From: an uncultured Chloroflexia bacterium
Lineage (GTDB): Bacteria > Chloroflexota > Limnocylindria > Limnocylindrales > CSP1-4
Length of the DNA: 64,000 nt
Reading direction: 5' to 3'
Assembly (NCBI GenBank): GCA_963727055.1
Contig: CAVSEN010000002.1
Location: 305,859 to 369,858, forward strand
The notes under the pieces were generated by a model. It saw nothing but the letters and a program-made list of their open reading frames with translations. It was not told the origin of the DNA and did no database searches. Both the position numbers and the translations under genes were made by a program. The stretch's first letter is position 1, and each line of letters begins with the position of its first letter. This document shows positions 40,409 through 58,868 of the stretch, piece by piece.

Positions 40409-42631
40409 CTACTCGGCCTCGAGGACGAACAGCTGGGCCCAGTAGTCGCCGTGGGTCGCCGCCTCGTGCCGCTCGACATCGAGGAAGAGGCCGACCTCGG
40501 CCAGCTCGTCGCCGCCGCGGACGACGCTGTTGATCCGCGCGATCGTGCCGGCCCGGGCCGGCCACGGCGTGACCCGGTAGCGCAGCGCGGGGTCGAGGCC
40601 GCGCAGGCGGAGGCGGTTCACGCCCGGGTTCGGCCGGTTCAGGGTCCGGTAGAAGCCGACGATCGCCTGCCGGCGGTCGTCGCTGACAGTCAGCCAGGCC
40701 GTCTCGTTGCCGCCGGCCTCGAATGGGCTGCGCAACCGGACGAACCGGCCGCGCTGGAGGAGGTCGCGGTGGTCCTTGTAGAAGGCGACCTGGCCGGCGA
40801 CCTCGGCCCGCTCGGCGGGCGTCAGTCTGGTGGCGTCCAGCTCATAGCCGAAGACGCCGAAGAACGCGACGGCCGCCCGGGTCGCGATCGGCGCCAGGCG
40901 GCCGGTCTGGTGGTTGGGCACGGCCGAGACGTGGGCGGCCATCGAGCTGAGCGGGTAGACCAGCGAGGCACCCCACTGGATCCTGAGCCGCTCGATCGCG
41001 TCGGTGTCGTCGCTCGTCCAGGCCTGCGGGGCGTAGGCGAGCATCCCCGGATCGAACCGCCCGCCGCCGCCCGCGCACGACTCGAACAGGATCTCGGGGA
41101 ACGCGGCCGTCAGCCGGGCGTAGAGGTCGTAGACGCCCAGGATGTAGCGGTGGAAGAACTCGCCCTGCCGGTCGGCCGGCAGCGCGGCGCTCCATGGCTC
41201 GGTGATGTTCCGATTCATGTCCCACTTGACGTACGAGATGGGCGCGCCGGCCAGGACGGCGGAGAGGGACGTGAACAGGTGCTCGACGATCTCGGGTCGG
41301 GACAGGTCGAGGACGAGCTGCTGGCGGCTCTCGGTCCGCGGCCGGCCGGCGATCCCGACCGCCCAGTCGGGGTGGGCCGCGAACAGCTCGCTCCGCTCGC
41401 TGACCATCTCGGGCTCGATCCACAACCCGAAGCGCAGCCCGAGCGCCTCGATCCGCCGGGCGAGGCCGTCGATCCCGTTGGGCAGCTTGCGCCGGTCGAC
41501 GGTCCAGTCGCCGAGCGAGGTCGTGTCGTCGTCGCGGGCGCCGAACCAGCCGTCGTCGAGCACGAACAGCTCGATCCCGAGCTCCCGGGCGACCGTCGCG
41601 ATCTCGACCAGCCTGGCCTCGTCGAAGTCGAAGTAGGTGCCTTCCCAGTTGTTGATCAGGACCGGCCGGGGGCGGTCGCGCCAGACCCCCCGCGCGAGGC
41701 GTTGGCGATAGAGCGCGTGGAACGCGGCGCTCAGCGGCTCGAGCCCGGCCCTGGAGAAGGCAAGGATGGCTTCCGGTGTCTCGAAGGTGGCGCCCGGCTC
41801 GAGCAGCCAGCCGAAGCCGTCGGGATTGATCCCGAGCCGGACCCGGGTTGTCCCGTACAGGCCGACCTCGGCCTCGGCCAGGAAGTTGCCCGAGTAGACG
41901 AGGCTCAGGCCGTACGCCTCACCGGCCGTCTCGGTCGTCGTCGCCCGGCGGAGGATGACCGACGGATCGTGCTCGTGGCCCGATGCCCCCCGCCCGCTGG
42001 CGGTCGACTGGCGGCCGGGCGCCAGGCGCCGTTCGATCACCTGGCGCTCGCGGGCCCACGCCCCGCTCAGCTGGATCCGCAGCCAGTCGGCGTCGGGCAG
42101 GTCGAGCACGGCGCTCATCGCCGTCGTGATCCGCAGGCGATCCTGGCTCGCGTTGCGCACCTCGGCGTGGCGAGCGACGATCGGCAGGTCGGCGAAGATC
42201 GTGTAGGCCAGGCTGACCTCGATCCCGCTCTGGCGGTCGACGAGCTGGATCTCGACGGTCGTGGCCTCGCCCGCCGATTCCGCATAGGTCGAGGGCAGGT
42301 GGCTGATCGGCGCCTTGCCGGGGAAGATCCGGTGGCCGGCATATTCGAGGCGCAGGACGCTCGAGCCGTCGGGCTGCTCGACGACCAGGGCCGGCACCCG
42401 GAAGTCGCCGCCACCGGCCGTCGGGTACTCCAGGGCGACCGGGTCGTCGAGCCGGTTTGCGAAGCCCGGGAAGCCGCCCCGGCCGAGGTGTCGATAGGAG
42501 CGGCCGGCGGCCAGCGGGGCGCCGAAATGGACCTGGCCGAGCGAGCCATCCTCCAGGACCCGGATGACGTAGCTCAGCTGACCGTTATGGAGATGGAGCT
42601 GGCGAGCCGAGCCGTCCCACTCGATCGGCAT
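40409..42631 (-). CDS. Alpha-galactosidase (GH36)
   Basis: [53 protein letters not shown]. Confidence 0.95.
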   Translation of the reverse strand: MPIEWDGSARQLHLHNGQLSYVIRVLEDGSLGQVHFGAPLAAGRSYRHLGRGGFPGFANRLDDPVALEYPTAGGGDFRVPALVVEQPDGSSVLRLEYAGHRIFPGKAPISHLPSTYAESAGEATTVEIQLVDRQSGIEVSLAYTIFADLPIVARHAEVRNASQDRLRITTAMSAVLDLPDADWLRIQLSGAWARERQVIERRLAPGRQSTASGRGASGHEHDPSVILRRATTTETAGEAYGLSLVYSGNFLAEAEVGLYGTTRVRLGINPDGFGWLLEPGATFETPEAILAFSRAGLEPLSAAFHALYRQRLARGVWRDRPRPVLINNWEGTYFDFDEARLVEIATVARELGIELFVLDDGWFGARDDDTTSLGDWTVDRRKLPNGIDGLARRIEALGLRFGLWIEPEMVSERSELFAAHPDWAVGIAGRPRTESRQQLVLDLSRPEIVEHLFTSLSAVLAGAPISYVKWDMNRNITEPWSAALPADRQGEFFHRYILGVYDLYARLTAAFPEILFESCAGGGGRFDPGMLAYAPQAWTSDDTDAIERLRIQWGASLVYPLSSMAAHVSAVPNHQTGRLAPIATRAAVAFFGVFGYELDATRLTPAERAEVAGQVAFYKDHRDLLQRGRFVRLRSPFEAGGNETAWLTVSDDRRQAIVGFYRTLNRPNPGVNRLRLRGLDPALRYRVTPWPARAGTIARINSVVRGGDELAEVGLFLDVERHEAATHGDYWAQLFVLEAE

Positions 42632-42633
42632 CG

Positions 42634-45690
<3,057 letters not shown>

Positions 45691-45733
45691 TCATTCGAAC
45701 GGCGGCACCACGTCAACGGTAGCGGATCACTGC

Positions 45734-45749
45734 TGCGATCGATTTGCGA
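45734..45749. promoter_or_regulatory. Putative LacI-family operator
   Basis: Imperfect CG-centred palindrome TGCGATCGATTTGCGA upstream of lacZ, next to a TACCGT -10-like hexamer. Confidence 0.35.
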
Positions 45750-45826
45750 TCGAGCGGGTCCACGGTGGATCGGTGCCGAGGCTATCGGCGCAGTCACCCA
45801 CAGGCACTTACCAGGAGACTATCTCG

Positions 45827-46492
45827 ATGCATCGCTTCGTCCGAGTCGCGGGAGTCGGCCTGATCGCCGCCACGTTCACCCTGGCTGGTTGCTCGGGCGG
45901 CTCGACCGGTACGCCGGCCGCCGGGTCGTCGAGCACAGACAATTCGTCGACGCTGCCGGATGCCTCGGCCGCCCCCACGGGCGGCGCGACGGCCACCTGC
46001 AAGCAGCTGACGTTCGACCAGCTCCAGCCCCTGCTCAAGGACCCGATCACCCAGGTGGAGGTCAAGGCGTTTGGCCTCAGCGGCAGCGGCCAGGAGTGCC
46101 GGTTCGAGGCCGCCGACAAGGGCGTGAACGTCGACGTGCTGGTCGCCGGTGGCTCCGACGGCACGGCCCAGTACAACAGCGACGTGTCGGAGTTCGCCAG
46201 CCCTGCTCCGCTGGCGGGCGTCGGCGACAAGGCCATGTGGGACAGCAACAACAAATCCGCGCTATTCGCGGCCCTCAAGGGTGACGTCTACTGCAGCACG
46301 AGCGTGGATGGGGAAAACGTGCCCGGCGTCGGGGCGCTCATGGATGCGGCCAACAACACGCTCCGGATCGGCGACAAGAACTGGCAGATCATCGCCAACG
46401 CACTGGCCACGGTCTGCAACCGGATCTACGGCAGCGGCAACACGACCGTCGACCTGAGCGGCCTGTCGGCTCCGCCGTCCACCGCTCCATAG
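45827..46492 (+). CDS. Lipoprotein of unknown function (DUF3558-like features)
   Basis: AGGAG RBS; lipobox LAGC; C..LT, C.F and GVGDKA motifs. Confidence 0.7.
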   Translation: MHRFVRVAGVGLIAATFTLAGCSGGSTGTPAAGSSSTDNSSTLPDASAAPTGGATATCKQLTFDQLQPLLKDPITQVEVKAFGLSGSGQECRFEAADKGVNVDVLVAGGSDGTAQYNSDVSEFASPAPLAGVGDKAMWDSNNKSALFAALKGDVYCSTSVDGENVPGVGALMDAANNTLRIGDKNWQIIANALATVCNRIYGSGNTTVDLSGLSAPPSTAP

Positions 46493-46514
46493 GCGACGGC
46501 GCTACCCTCGCGGG

Positions 46515-47372
46515 GTGGACGCCGACCGGAACGTTGATCCCGATGTCCGACCCGCGTCGCCGGCCGAGGCGGCCGACGTCCGGGCGATGCATGCGGCGAC
46601 CGGCGCCGCCTGGGACGAGGCGGCGGAGCGCTACGAGGGCTGGCTCGAGGAGGCGATCGAGCTGATCCGCTCCGGCGGCAGCAACCTCTTCCCGGAGGAG
46701 GTCGAGCTGCTCGGCGACCTCCACGGCCGCTGCCGCCGGGCGGTCCACCTCCAGTGCGCGGGCGGGCGGGACACGCTGTCGCTCTGGCGGCTCGGGGCCG
46801 AGGAGGTCATCGGCGTCGACCTCAGCCCACGGATGATCGACCTCGCCGAGCGGCTGACAGTGGCCACCGGTGCCCCGGCCCGCTGGATCGTCTCGGACGT
46901 GCTCGACACGCCGCACGCTCTGGATGCCGGCGCGGACCTCGTCTACACCGGCCGCGGCTCGCTCCTGTGGTTGCAGGACCTCGACGCCTGGGCCGCCGTC
47001 GTGGCCCGGCTGCTCGTCCCGGGCGGCCGGCTCGTCCTGTTCGAGGGCCACCCGTTCGAGTGGCTGGTCGACGGCGACGAGGACGGCTGCTGGACCCTGA
47101 CCGACTACGACTACTTCGCCGGCCCCGAGGCATCGCGCGGCTGGTCGCCGGGCTTCATCGACCACCTGTCGATCCCCGACGGCGAGCAGCACTGGAAGTT
47201 CTCCCGGGCCTGGACTCTGGGCGAGGTCGTCACGGCCGTCGCCGGCGCCGGGCTGCGGGTGGAGCGGCTGGTCGAGTCCCCGCGCGACTGGTGGGGCGGC
47301 CACGGCGATATCCGGGCCGAGGAGCGCGGCCGCCTGCCCCTGTCCTTCGGCCTGGTGGCGACGCGGTCGTAA
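46515..47372 (+). CDS. Class I SAM-dependent methyltransferase
   Basis: VHLQCAGGRD, GVDLS, DLVYTG, LVPGGRLVLFEGHP. Confidence 0.88.
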   Translation: MDADRNVDPDVRPASPAEAADVRAMHAATGAAWDEAAERYEGWLEEAIELIRSGGSNLFPEEVELLGDLHGRCRRAVHLQCAGGRDTLSLWRLGAEEVIGVDLSPRMIDLAERLTVATGAPARWIVSDVLDTPHALDAGADLVYTGRGSLLWLQDLDAWAAVVARLLVPGGRLVLFEGHPFEWLVDGDEDGCWTLTDYDYFAGPEASRGWSPGFIDHLSIPDGEQHWKFSRAWTLGEVVTAVAGAGLRVERLVESPRDWWGGHGDIRAEERGRLPLSFGLVATRS

Positions 47373-47420
47373 GCCGCCTCGCCCAGCGTCGAAGGGCGGG
47401 GCAGCCACCGCCCGCTTGCC

Positions 47421-47461
47421 CGGCGAACGTGCCCTTGCGCGGCGAACTTGCCCTTGCGCGG
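47421..47461. repeat. 19-bp tandem duplication CGGCGAACKTGCCCTTGCG x2
   Basis: Read directly, after the methyltransferase stop. Confidence 0.75.
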
Positions 47462-47725
47462 TTCGATTCCGGGTGCATGGTCGCTGTGAGCGCATGAGCA
47501 GGACCCCAGGGTCGGATCGGAGGCCAGCGCGGCCGGCGATCGGCAATCATTGGCCCGCGCCACGCTCAGCCGAACGACGGATTGCCCCGATCGAGCGCGG
47601 TCGCACGGCAGGGATCGGCGTTACGGCTCTGCGTTGTGCTCACGCCGACCATGCACGAAGAATCGTCGAGGCGAAGGACCGGCCGGCACGCAACCAGTAG
47701 CATCGATCCGAATGGAGGTACAGGC

Positions 47726-48260
47726 GTGCGAAAGGTCGTCGTCTACGAGCTGTTGTCCATCGACGGGGTGGCCGAGGCCCCGGATACGTTCTTCGGCTGG
47801 GACGACTCGCTGGACCCCAGCCTTGCCGCGGTGATCGCGACACAGGACGCGGTCATCCTGGGCCGCCGGAGCTACGGCGAATGGGCGCAGTTCTGGCCGG
47901 GCAGCCAGATCGAGCCGTTCTCGACGTTCATCAACGGGGTCACGAAGTACGTCGCGACATCGACGCCCCTTGACCGGGATTGGGCCAATGCGACAGCGAT
48001 CAAGGGCGGGCTGCTCGAATTCGTCCGGGATCTCAAGCAGCGGGACGGCGGCGATGTCGGCATCCACGCGAGCATCTCGGTCGCCCAGGCACTGCTCACC
48101 GCGGGGCTGGTCGACGAGCTCAGGCTCGTGATCGCGCCGGTGATCGCCGGCCGCGGACGACGGCTGCTCGACGGCTTGCCATCGATTCACCTCGAAATCG
48201 ATCGGAGGCGAGGTCTCACCGACCGGCTACCTGATTCTCGGCTACCGCGTGGTCCAGTAG
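47726..48260 (+). CDS. Dihydrofolate reductase/RibD C-terminal family protein (frameshift ~48196)
   Basis: GGAGG RBS; LSIDGV, ILGRRSY, KYVATST, GLVDELRLVIAPVIAGRGRRL; corrected end GYLILGYRVVQ*. Confidence 0.85.
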
Positions 48261-48301
48261 GGAGCGCGAAGGGCCCCGGCCAGGGCCACCGGCGCGGACC
48301 C

Positions 48302-49582
48302 TCAGGTGCCGTGCTGCCAGGAGGCCATGTAGGCGACCTGCTCGGGGGTCATCGGGTCGAGGGTGATCCCGAGGGCCGCCAGCTTGAGCCGGGCGACCTC
48401 GGCGTCGATCGCCTCGGGCACGACGTAGACCCGCGGCTCGAGCTCGGCGTGGTGGAGTGCGACGTACTCGGCCGACAGGGCCTGGTTGGCGAAGCTCATG
48501 TCCATCACGGCCGCCGGGTGACCCTCGGCGGCGCCGAGGTTGACCAGCCGGCCCTCGGCGATCAGGTTGACCCGCTTGCCGCCCAGGTCGAACTCCTGGA
48601 CGTTGTCGCGCACCTCGCGGACGTGGCCCTCGGCCATCTCGCGCAGGGCGGCGAGGTCGAGCTCGGCGTCGAAGTGGCCCGAATTGGCCATGATCGCGCC
48701 CTCTTCCATCGCCGCGAAATGCTCGCGCCGGAAGACGTTGATGTTGCCCGTGGCCGTGATGAACAGCTGGCCCCAGCCGGCGGCCTGGCCGGCGGTCATC
48801 ACCTGGAAGCCGTCCATCAGCGCCTCCAGCGCCCGGATCGGGTCGACCTCGATCACCGTGACGTGGGCACCGTGGCCGGCCATCCGGGCGGCGATGCCCT
48901 TGCCCACCCAGCCGTAGCCGGCGACCACGACCCGCCGGCCGGCGATCAGGATGTTCGTCGCCCGCAGGATCCCGTCGAGGGTCGACTGGCCGGTGCCGTA
49001 GCGGTTGTCGAAGAGGTGCTTGGTCTGGGCCTCGTTGACCGCCACGACCGGGAAGCGCAGGGCGCCGTCGGCGGCCATCGCCTTGAGCCGGATCACGCCG
49101 GTCGTCGTCTCCTCGGTCCCGGCCAGGACCTCCTTGAGCTGGTCGGGTCGGTGCTCGTGGAGCAGCCCGACGAGGTCGCAGCCGTCATCCATCGTCATCT
49201 GGGGATGGGTGTCGGCGACCTTGTTGAGGTGGGCGTAGTACGTGTCGCGGTCCTCGCCGTGGCGGGCGTAGCAGCTGATCCCGTAGGCGGCAACCAGCGC
49301 GGCAGCCACGTCGTCCTTGGTCGACAGCGGGTTCGAGGCGGCCAGGGTCACCTCGGCACCACCGGCCTTGAGCGCCCGCATCAGGTTGGCCGTCTCGGTG
49401 GTGACATGGAGGCAGGCACCGATCCGCAGGCCGGCCAGCGGCTGCTCGCGCTCGAAGCGCTCGCTGATCAGGCGCAGGACGGGCATCTCGCGGGCCGCCC
49501 ATTCGATCCGGCGGACGCCTTCGTCGGCCAGTCCGAGGTCGACGACGTCGTGGGCCGGCAATGGGCGGGTGGGGGCGGTCAT
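48302..49582 (-). CDS. ahcY: Adenosylhomocysteinase
   Basis: [55 protein letters not shown]. Confidence 0.97.
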   Translation of the reverse strand: MTAPTRPLPAHDVVDLGLADEGVRRIEWAAREMPVLRLISERFEREQPLAGLRIGACLHVTTETANLMRALKAGGAEVTLAASNPLSTKDDVAAALVAAYGISCYARHGEDRDTYYAHLNKVADTHPQMTMDDGCDLVGLLHEHRPDQLKEVLAGTEETTTGVIRLKAMAADGALRFPVVAVNEAQTKHLFDNRYGTGQSTLDGILRATNILIAGRRVVVAGYGWVGKGIAARMAGHGAHVTVIEVDPIRALEALMDGFQVMTAGQAAGWGQLFITATGNINVFRREHFAAMEEGAIMANSGHFDAELDLAALREMAEGHVREVRDNVQEFDLGGKRVNLIAEGRLVNLGAAEGHPAAVMDMSFANQALSAEYVALHHAELEPRVYVVPEAIDAEVARLKLAALGITLDPMTPEQVAYMASWQHGT

Positions 49583-50451
49583 CAGAGGTCGGTCTCCTTG
49601 CGGGCTGAGAAGAAGCGGCGAAGCGGACCGGGCAGTCCGGGCCAGGCAGCCCCGACCCGATGGACGAGGCGCTCCTCGAAGCGGATGTGCTCCTGGTAGC
49701 CGAGCCGGCGGTAGGCCTGCAGGGCCGGCGGGTTGTCGGCCCGGACGTTGAGCACCACCTGGTCGCAGAAGCGGAGCAGCTCCGCGGTCACCGCCCCGGT
49801 CGTGGCGGTCGCGTAGCCCCGGCCACGGTACTCGACCTGGGTCAGGACGTTGCCGACGACGGCCAGCCGGGCGCTCGAGCTGATCACGTGGGTCCCGGCC
49901 GCGGCGACCAGCCGGCCGTTCACCCGGACCCCGTAGTAGACCCCGCTGGCGATCGCACCCGAGCCGAGCCACGAGGCGAACCCGAGCTGGTACAGCCGGT
50001 TCAGCTCGCCGACCTCGATCGGCAGCAGCCGGCGGGTGTCGGCCGGGTAGGGCCGGAACGTCGAGCGATCGACCCACATCCGGACCATCTGCGGCCCGGG
50101 ATCGACCCGGTAGCTCGCCTCGACCGCGGGCAGCGCGGCGGGCAGCGCGGCGACGTACGCGGCCCGTGGCTTGACCAGGTCCCGCAGGGCGGCCTCGATC
50201 CCGTCGGCGCGGCCCATCACGAACAGGGGCTGGGGCGACAGGCCGGCGTACTCGAGGGCAACCGCGACGAGGTCCGAGCCGACGAATGCGCCGCCCCACC
50301 GGGTCCGGCTGAACTCGCGATCGTCGAGGTCGCAGATCGCGTAGGCGGCGAACAGCCGATCCTGCTCCAGGAACTGGCGCAGCAGGACGCGGTCGGTCGT
50401 GGTCCGGGTGACGAGGCCGGCATCCCGCCGGGCGGCGACGATGCTGGCCAT
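49582..50451 (-). CDS. GNAT family N-acetyltransferase
   Basis: [16 protein letters not shown] and [13 protein letters not shown]. Confidence 0.88.
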   Translation of the reverse strand: MASIVAARRDAGLVTRTTTDRVLLRQFLEQDRLFAAYAICDLDDREFSRTRWGGAFVGSDLVAVALEYAGLSPQPLFVMGRADGIEAALRDLVKPRAAYVAALPAALPAVEASYRVDPGPQMVRMWVDRSTFRPYPADTRRLLPIEVGELNRLYQLGFASWLGSGAIASGVYYGVRVNGRLVAAAGTHVISSSARLAVVGNVLTQVEYRGRGYATATTGAVTAELLRFCDQVVLNVRADNPPALQAYRRLGYQEHIRFEERLVHRVGAAWPGLPGPLRRFFSARKETDL

Positions 50452-51921
50452 CAGCCGCCCACCTCGAGCGGCGCCGACGCCGAGGGCCCCGCGCTGCGGG
50501 CGAGCTGGGCTCCGGCGTCGCGCTCGGCCTTTGCCGTAAGGGCGGCCTGGAGGGCCGGGCCGAAGGGCGCCCGGAGGGCTCCCTCCTCGGTGACGATCGC
50601 CGTGATCAGCTCGGCCGGGGTCACGTCGAAGGCCGGGTTCCAGGCCTTCCCGAAGCGCGGCGCGATGCGCACCCCGGCGAGCATGGAAGACCTCGTCCTC
50701 GGAGCGGATCTCGATCGGGATCGACGTCCCGTCGGGGGTTGCCGGGTCGACCGAGCTGAGCGGCGCGCAGACGTAGAACGGGACGCCGTGGCGGGCGGCC
50801 AGGACCGCGAGGGGGTAGGTCCCGATCTTGTTGGCCGTGTCGCCGTTGGCGGCGATCCGATCGGCGCCCACGAGCACGGCGTCGATCCGGCCCGAGGCAA
50901 GCAGCGAGCCCGCGGCACCGTCGGCGATCAAGGTGTAGGGCACGCCGGCCTGGACGAGCTCCCAGGCCGTCAGCCGGGCACCCTGGAGGTAGGGTCGGGT
51001 CTCGTCGACGAAGACCTCGAGGCGGCGGTTGGCGGCCCAGGCCGCCTGGACGATCCCGAGCGCAGTGCCGAACTGGCCGCAGGCGAGCGGCCCGGTGTTG
51101 CAGTGGGTCAGCAGGCGCAGCTCGCGGTCGACGGCCGGCAGGAGGGCCAGGCCATGCTCGGCCAGCGCCCCATGGTCGCGGGTCGCCTCGAAGCAGATCG
51201 CGTCGGCCTCGACCCGCAGCACGCCCGCGACCACGTCGCCGTTGTCGGCCAGGTCCCCGAGGCGCTCGATCCGGGCGAGCATCCGGTCGATCGCCCAGGC
51301 GATGTTGATCGCCGTCGGACGGCTCTCGCGGAGCTCGGTCGCGGCCCCCCGGATCCGGGCCCGGCGCTCCGCGTTGGCGCGGTCGCGCGAGTGCTGGGCG
51401 GTCAGGGCCAGGCCATAGGCGGCGGCCTGGCCGAGGGCCGGGGCGCCCCGGACGACCATCTCCCGGATCGCGACCGCGACCTCGCCGCCGTCGGCGCACG
51501 AATACTCGACCAGCTCGCCGGGCAGCCTGCGCTGGTCGACGAACAGGATCCGGTCGTGGTCCAGGCGGAATGCGGTCCGGAAGCCACGCGATTCGCCGGC
51601 GGCCGGGTTGGCCAGGGCCGGGGCTGCGACAGGCAGGCCGGGAACCGGGGCCATCGGATTGACGTTCGGCGCCGGAGCTGCGCCGCTGAGCGCCGCCTCG
51701 GGATTGAGCAGCACGCCGGCGGCATCCGCGGCGGCCCGCTGGAGCGCGCCGGCGGCACCGGCCGCCGTGGCCGCGGAGTGGATCACCTCGGCCGCGAACT
51801 GGCGGAAGAAGCGCCGCCGGCCGAGGTCGACGTCATCGGCCGGGGCCGCCGGGCTGGGCGCCGCGGGACCGGGCCCGGGATCGGCCGGGACGGCGGGATC
51901 GTCGTTCGTCGGGTCGCTCAA
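50451..51921 (-). CDS. mtnA: S-methyl-5-thioribose-1-phosphate isomerase with long N-terminal extension (frameshift ~50685)
   Basis: [48 protein letters not shown]. Confidence 0.92.
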
Positions 51922-51932
51922 CCTGGTCTGGC

Positions 51933-52454
51933 TCAGTAGCGGACGACGCTCTCGACCCGCAGGCCCTGGAGCCGGTCGCGGCCCTTGAGGAATTCGAGCT
52001 CGACCAGGAAGCCCAGCCCGACGACCTCGCCCTGCAGCCGTTCGACGAGGTCGATCGTGCCCCGGACCGTGCCACCGGTGGCCAGCAGGTCGTCGACGAC
52101 CAGCACCCGCTGGCCGGGCTGGATCGCATCGCGATGGATCTCGAGCGTGTTCGAGCCGTACTCGAGGGCGTACTCGACGGTGATCGTCTCGGCCGGCAGC
52201 TTGCCCAGCTTGCGGACCGGCACCAGGCCGGCGTTGAGCAGGTAGGCCATCGGTGCGCTGAAGATGAAGCCGCGCGACTCCATGCCCACGACCAAGTCGA
52301 TCTTGTCGTCGCGCCAGGGCGCGAGCATCAGGTCGATCGACTCGCGGTAGGCCGCCGGATCCTTGAGCAGGGTCGTGATGTCGTAGAACAGGATGCCGGG
52401 CTTGGGGAAGTCGGGAATCTCGCGAATTCGTGCGCGGAGTTCCTCGGCGGACAT
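51933..52454 (-). CDS. apt: Adenine phosphoribosyltransferase
   Basis: PDFPKPGILFYDIT, ESRGF, RKLGKLP, YALEYG, VDDLLATGGT. Confidence 0.97.
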   Translation of the reverse strand: MSAEELRARIREIPDFPKPGILFYDITTLLKDPAAYRESIDLMLAPWRDDKIDLVVGMESRGFIFSAPMAYLLNAGLVPVRKLGKLPAETITVEYALEYGSNTLEIHRDAIQPGQRVLVVDDLLATGGTVRGTIDLVERLQGEVVGLGFLVELEFLKGRDRLQGLRVESVVRY

Positions 52455-52520
52455 TTCGGCTTGGAGCCTCCGGTCAGGATGGGCGTCTCGATCGCGCGGG
52501 CAGCGCGCAGCCGTTGCAGT

Positions 52521-53929
52521 CTACCGCGCCTCCAGCGCCGTGCGAATGGGCGCTCCCTGCCCGCGCAATCGGCCGGTCAGGAGCAGGCCGACGCAGCCGA
52601 CCAGGGCGCCGACCGCGAACGTCCCGGCCAGGCCGACCCAGCCGGGTTGGCCGGCCCCGGCCGCGAACGCGATCACCGCCCCGCCGGTGCCCGTCCCGAG
52701 CGCGGTCCCCAGGACATCGCTCAGCTGGAGGGCGGCGGTGGCCATCCCCTGGCCGTCGGGCGGCGCCTCGGCCAGGACGACGAGGGACAGCGGTGCGTAG
52801 CCGAGGCCCATGCCGATCCCGGCGATCCCCCAGGCCAGCGACGCGACGACGATCGGGACGCTCGGCGACAGGACGAGGGCGAGCAGGGCGATCGCGATCA
52901 GGAGGATCGCGAAGCAGGCCGTGACGAACCGGCCGGCGCCCAACCGGATCACGTAGCGGGCCTGGATCCAGGCGGCTCCGGTCCAGGTCAGCGTCGCCGC
53001 GGTCAGGGCGATGCCGGCCGCGCTGGCGTCGATCCCCCGCCAGCCGATCAGCAGGAGCGGGACATAGGCATCGACACTGAAGAAGGCGAATGTCAGCACG
53101 CCCCGGATCAGGATCGCCGCGGGCAGGCCCCGCCGGGCCGAGAGCGTGCCCGCCGGGGTGAGCGCCCGGTAGGCGGGCAGGCCGATCGCAATGCCCAGAG
53201 CGACCAGGACCAGGCCGGGGAAGAGGCTGGCGGTCGTCAGGCCGACCAGCAGGAGCCCCGCGGCCACGGCCAGGACGACCGCCCCGAGCAGCCGTCCGCG
53301 TTCGCTCGCGCTCGACCGGGCGACGCTCGCCGGGCCGGCAGCGACGCGGGCGAGGGCCGGGATCGTCAGGACCATCGCGATCGCGACCAGCGGCAGCAGG
53401 CCGAGGAAGACGACCCGCCAGCTGAGGTGCTCGGCGATCAGGCCGCTGAGCGCCGGGCCGATCACCCCGGGCAGGACCCAGGCGGTCGACAGGACGGCGA
53501 ACATCCTCGGCCGGAGCGCCTCGGGCAGGGCGCGGGCGATCGCCACGTAGGCCACCGGCGCGATCCCGCCGGCGCCGAAGCCCTGGAGCAGGCGGCCGCC
53601 GATCAGGATCGGCATCGAGACGGCCGTCCCGCCGATCAGCAGGCCGAGCGCGAAGAGGCTCAACCCCAGGCTGAACGGGCGGATCAGGCCGCCCCGGTCG
53701 ATCAGCAGGCCCATCGCCACGATCCCGACGAGGTCGCCCAGGAAGAACAGGCTGAAGACCCAGCCGTACAGCTCGATCCCGCCCAGCTCGCGGGCCACGA
53801 TCGGCATCGCCGTGGCGACGGCGAGCGATTCGAAGGCGACCAGGGTGATCGTCAGGACCAGCCCGAGGGTCAGGCTCCGGCGGCCCGCCGAGAACAGGCC
53901 ACCGTCGCCGACCGCCTGCGCCGCCCCGG

Positions 53930-53933
<4 letters not shown>
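52521..53933 (-). CDS. MFS transporter (14-TM DHA2-like)
   Basis: LVAFESLAVATAMP, GRLLQGFGAG, WVLPGVIGP, SWRVVFL. Confidence 0.88.
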
Positions 53934-57757
<3,824 letters not shown>

Positions 57758-57761
<4 letters not shown>

Positions 57762-58456
57762 CGCTCGCCGTCGGCAGCCGGGTCGACCGGCCGCGGCTTG
57801 CGCCAGCCGGTCTTCGTGCGCCGGACGCCGTCCTCGCCCGGCGGTCCGTCGACCTCGCCCGGGGCGGCCTGGCGCTCGGCGTCGGCCGGCCGGAGCTGGA
57901 AGCTGTTGAACCGGTTGGCCGCCTTGTTCGTCCCTTCCCGGGCCCACGCCTCGACTCCATCGGCGGCGGCTCCGAGGAGCTCGTCCATCCGGCCCTGCTC
58001 GTCGCGGCTGAAGGCCGACAGGACGTGGTCGAGCGCGCCGTGCTCCGGATCGCCGATCCCCACCCGGAGACGACTGATCTGCTCGTTGGACAGCTCGTCG
58101 ATGATCGAGCGCAGGCCGTTATGGCCGCCGGCGCTGCCGCCCTCGCGGAAGCGGAGCTTGCCGAAAGGCAGGGCGAAGTCGTCGGCGACGACCAGCAGGT
58201 CGACCAGCGGAGCGTGCTCGCGGGCGAGCACCTTGCGCACGGCCAAGCCCGAGTCATTCATGTACGTCAGCGGCTTGACCAGGATCAGGTCGAGCCCGTG
58301 GAACCGGCCCTGGACCACCGAGCTCGCGTCGCGCGTCCGGCCGCGGCCCGACCAGCCGGCCCGGTCGGCGATCCGGTCGAGGACCATCCAGCCGACGTTG
58401 TGGCGGGTCTGCGCGTATTGGGCGCCCGGATTGCCCAGGCCGACGACGATCTTCAC
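57758..58456 (-). CDS. pth: Peptidyl-tRNA hydrolase
   Basis: VGLGNPG, TRHNVG, KPLTYMNDSG, GGHNGLRSI, RLRVGI. Confidence 0.96.
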
Positions 58457-58577
58457 CGACGCTCCGTTGCGCTGCTCCGTGGCATGCCGAACGGCGTGCT
58501 CCGCGCCTCCGCGCGTGCACGCTGACAGGACCCGTGCCGTCCGCGGCGGGCCCGAGGGGATGGTATCAGCGTCGCCG

Positions 58578-58794
58578 CGTCGGCCGCAGCTGCGGGGCTC
58601 GGCGGCGAGGATTTCAGGCTCAGGTGCCCGCGGCGAGCCGCGGGCGATCGATCTGCGCGGGGCACCGAGACCGAACCTGGGCACGGGTCCGTCGGGCGCC
58701 GTTGTTTCCGATTAGCGACCCGCGTGCCGGGGCTGGCAACCCCGGGAATTCGTCACCCAGCGCATGGAGTGCTGTTGGCGAAATCCGGCCGACG
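58578..58794. ncRNA. Candidate structured non-coding RNA, family not recognised
   Basis: Nested complementary arms (CGTCGGCCG/CGGCCGACG, GGATTTC/GAAATCC, GGTGCCC/GGGCACC, CCGGGGCT/AACCCCGG, GGCACG/CGTGCC) with A/U-rich joiners in a gene-free gap. Confidence 0.4.
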
Positions 58795-58868
58795 ACCGGC
58801 GGCGAAGTCCGGCGACGGCCCGGAGCGGAGCCCGCGGCCGAGCCCGGAGCGGAGCCCCCCGGCGTCGC

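Noticed and set aside
49582-51921. MtnA-GNAT fusion (779 aa)
   Set aside because: The MtnA C-terminus (NPAFDVTP) is in another frame; the fusion is a frameshift artefact
58700-58790. SAH riboswitch, 6S RNA, SRP RNA or HDV-like ribozyme assignment
   Set aside because: Each matches only a fragment and lacks its core consensus; kept as an unidentified candidate
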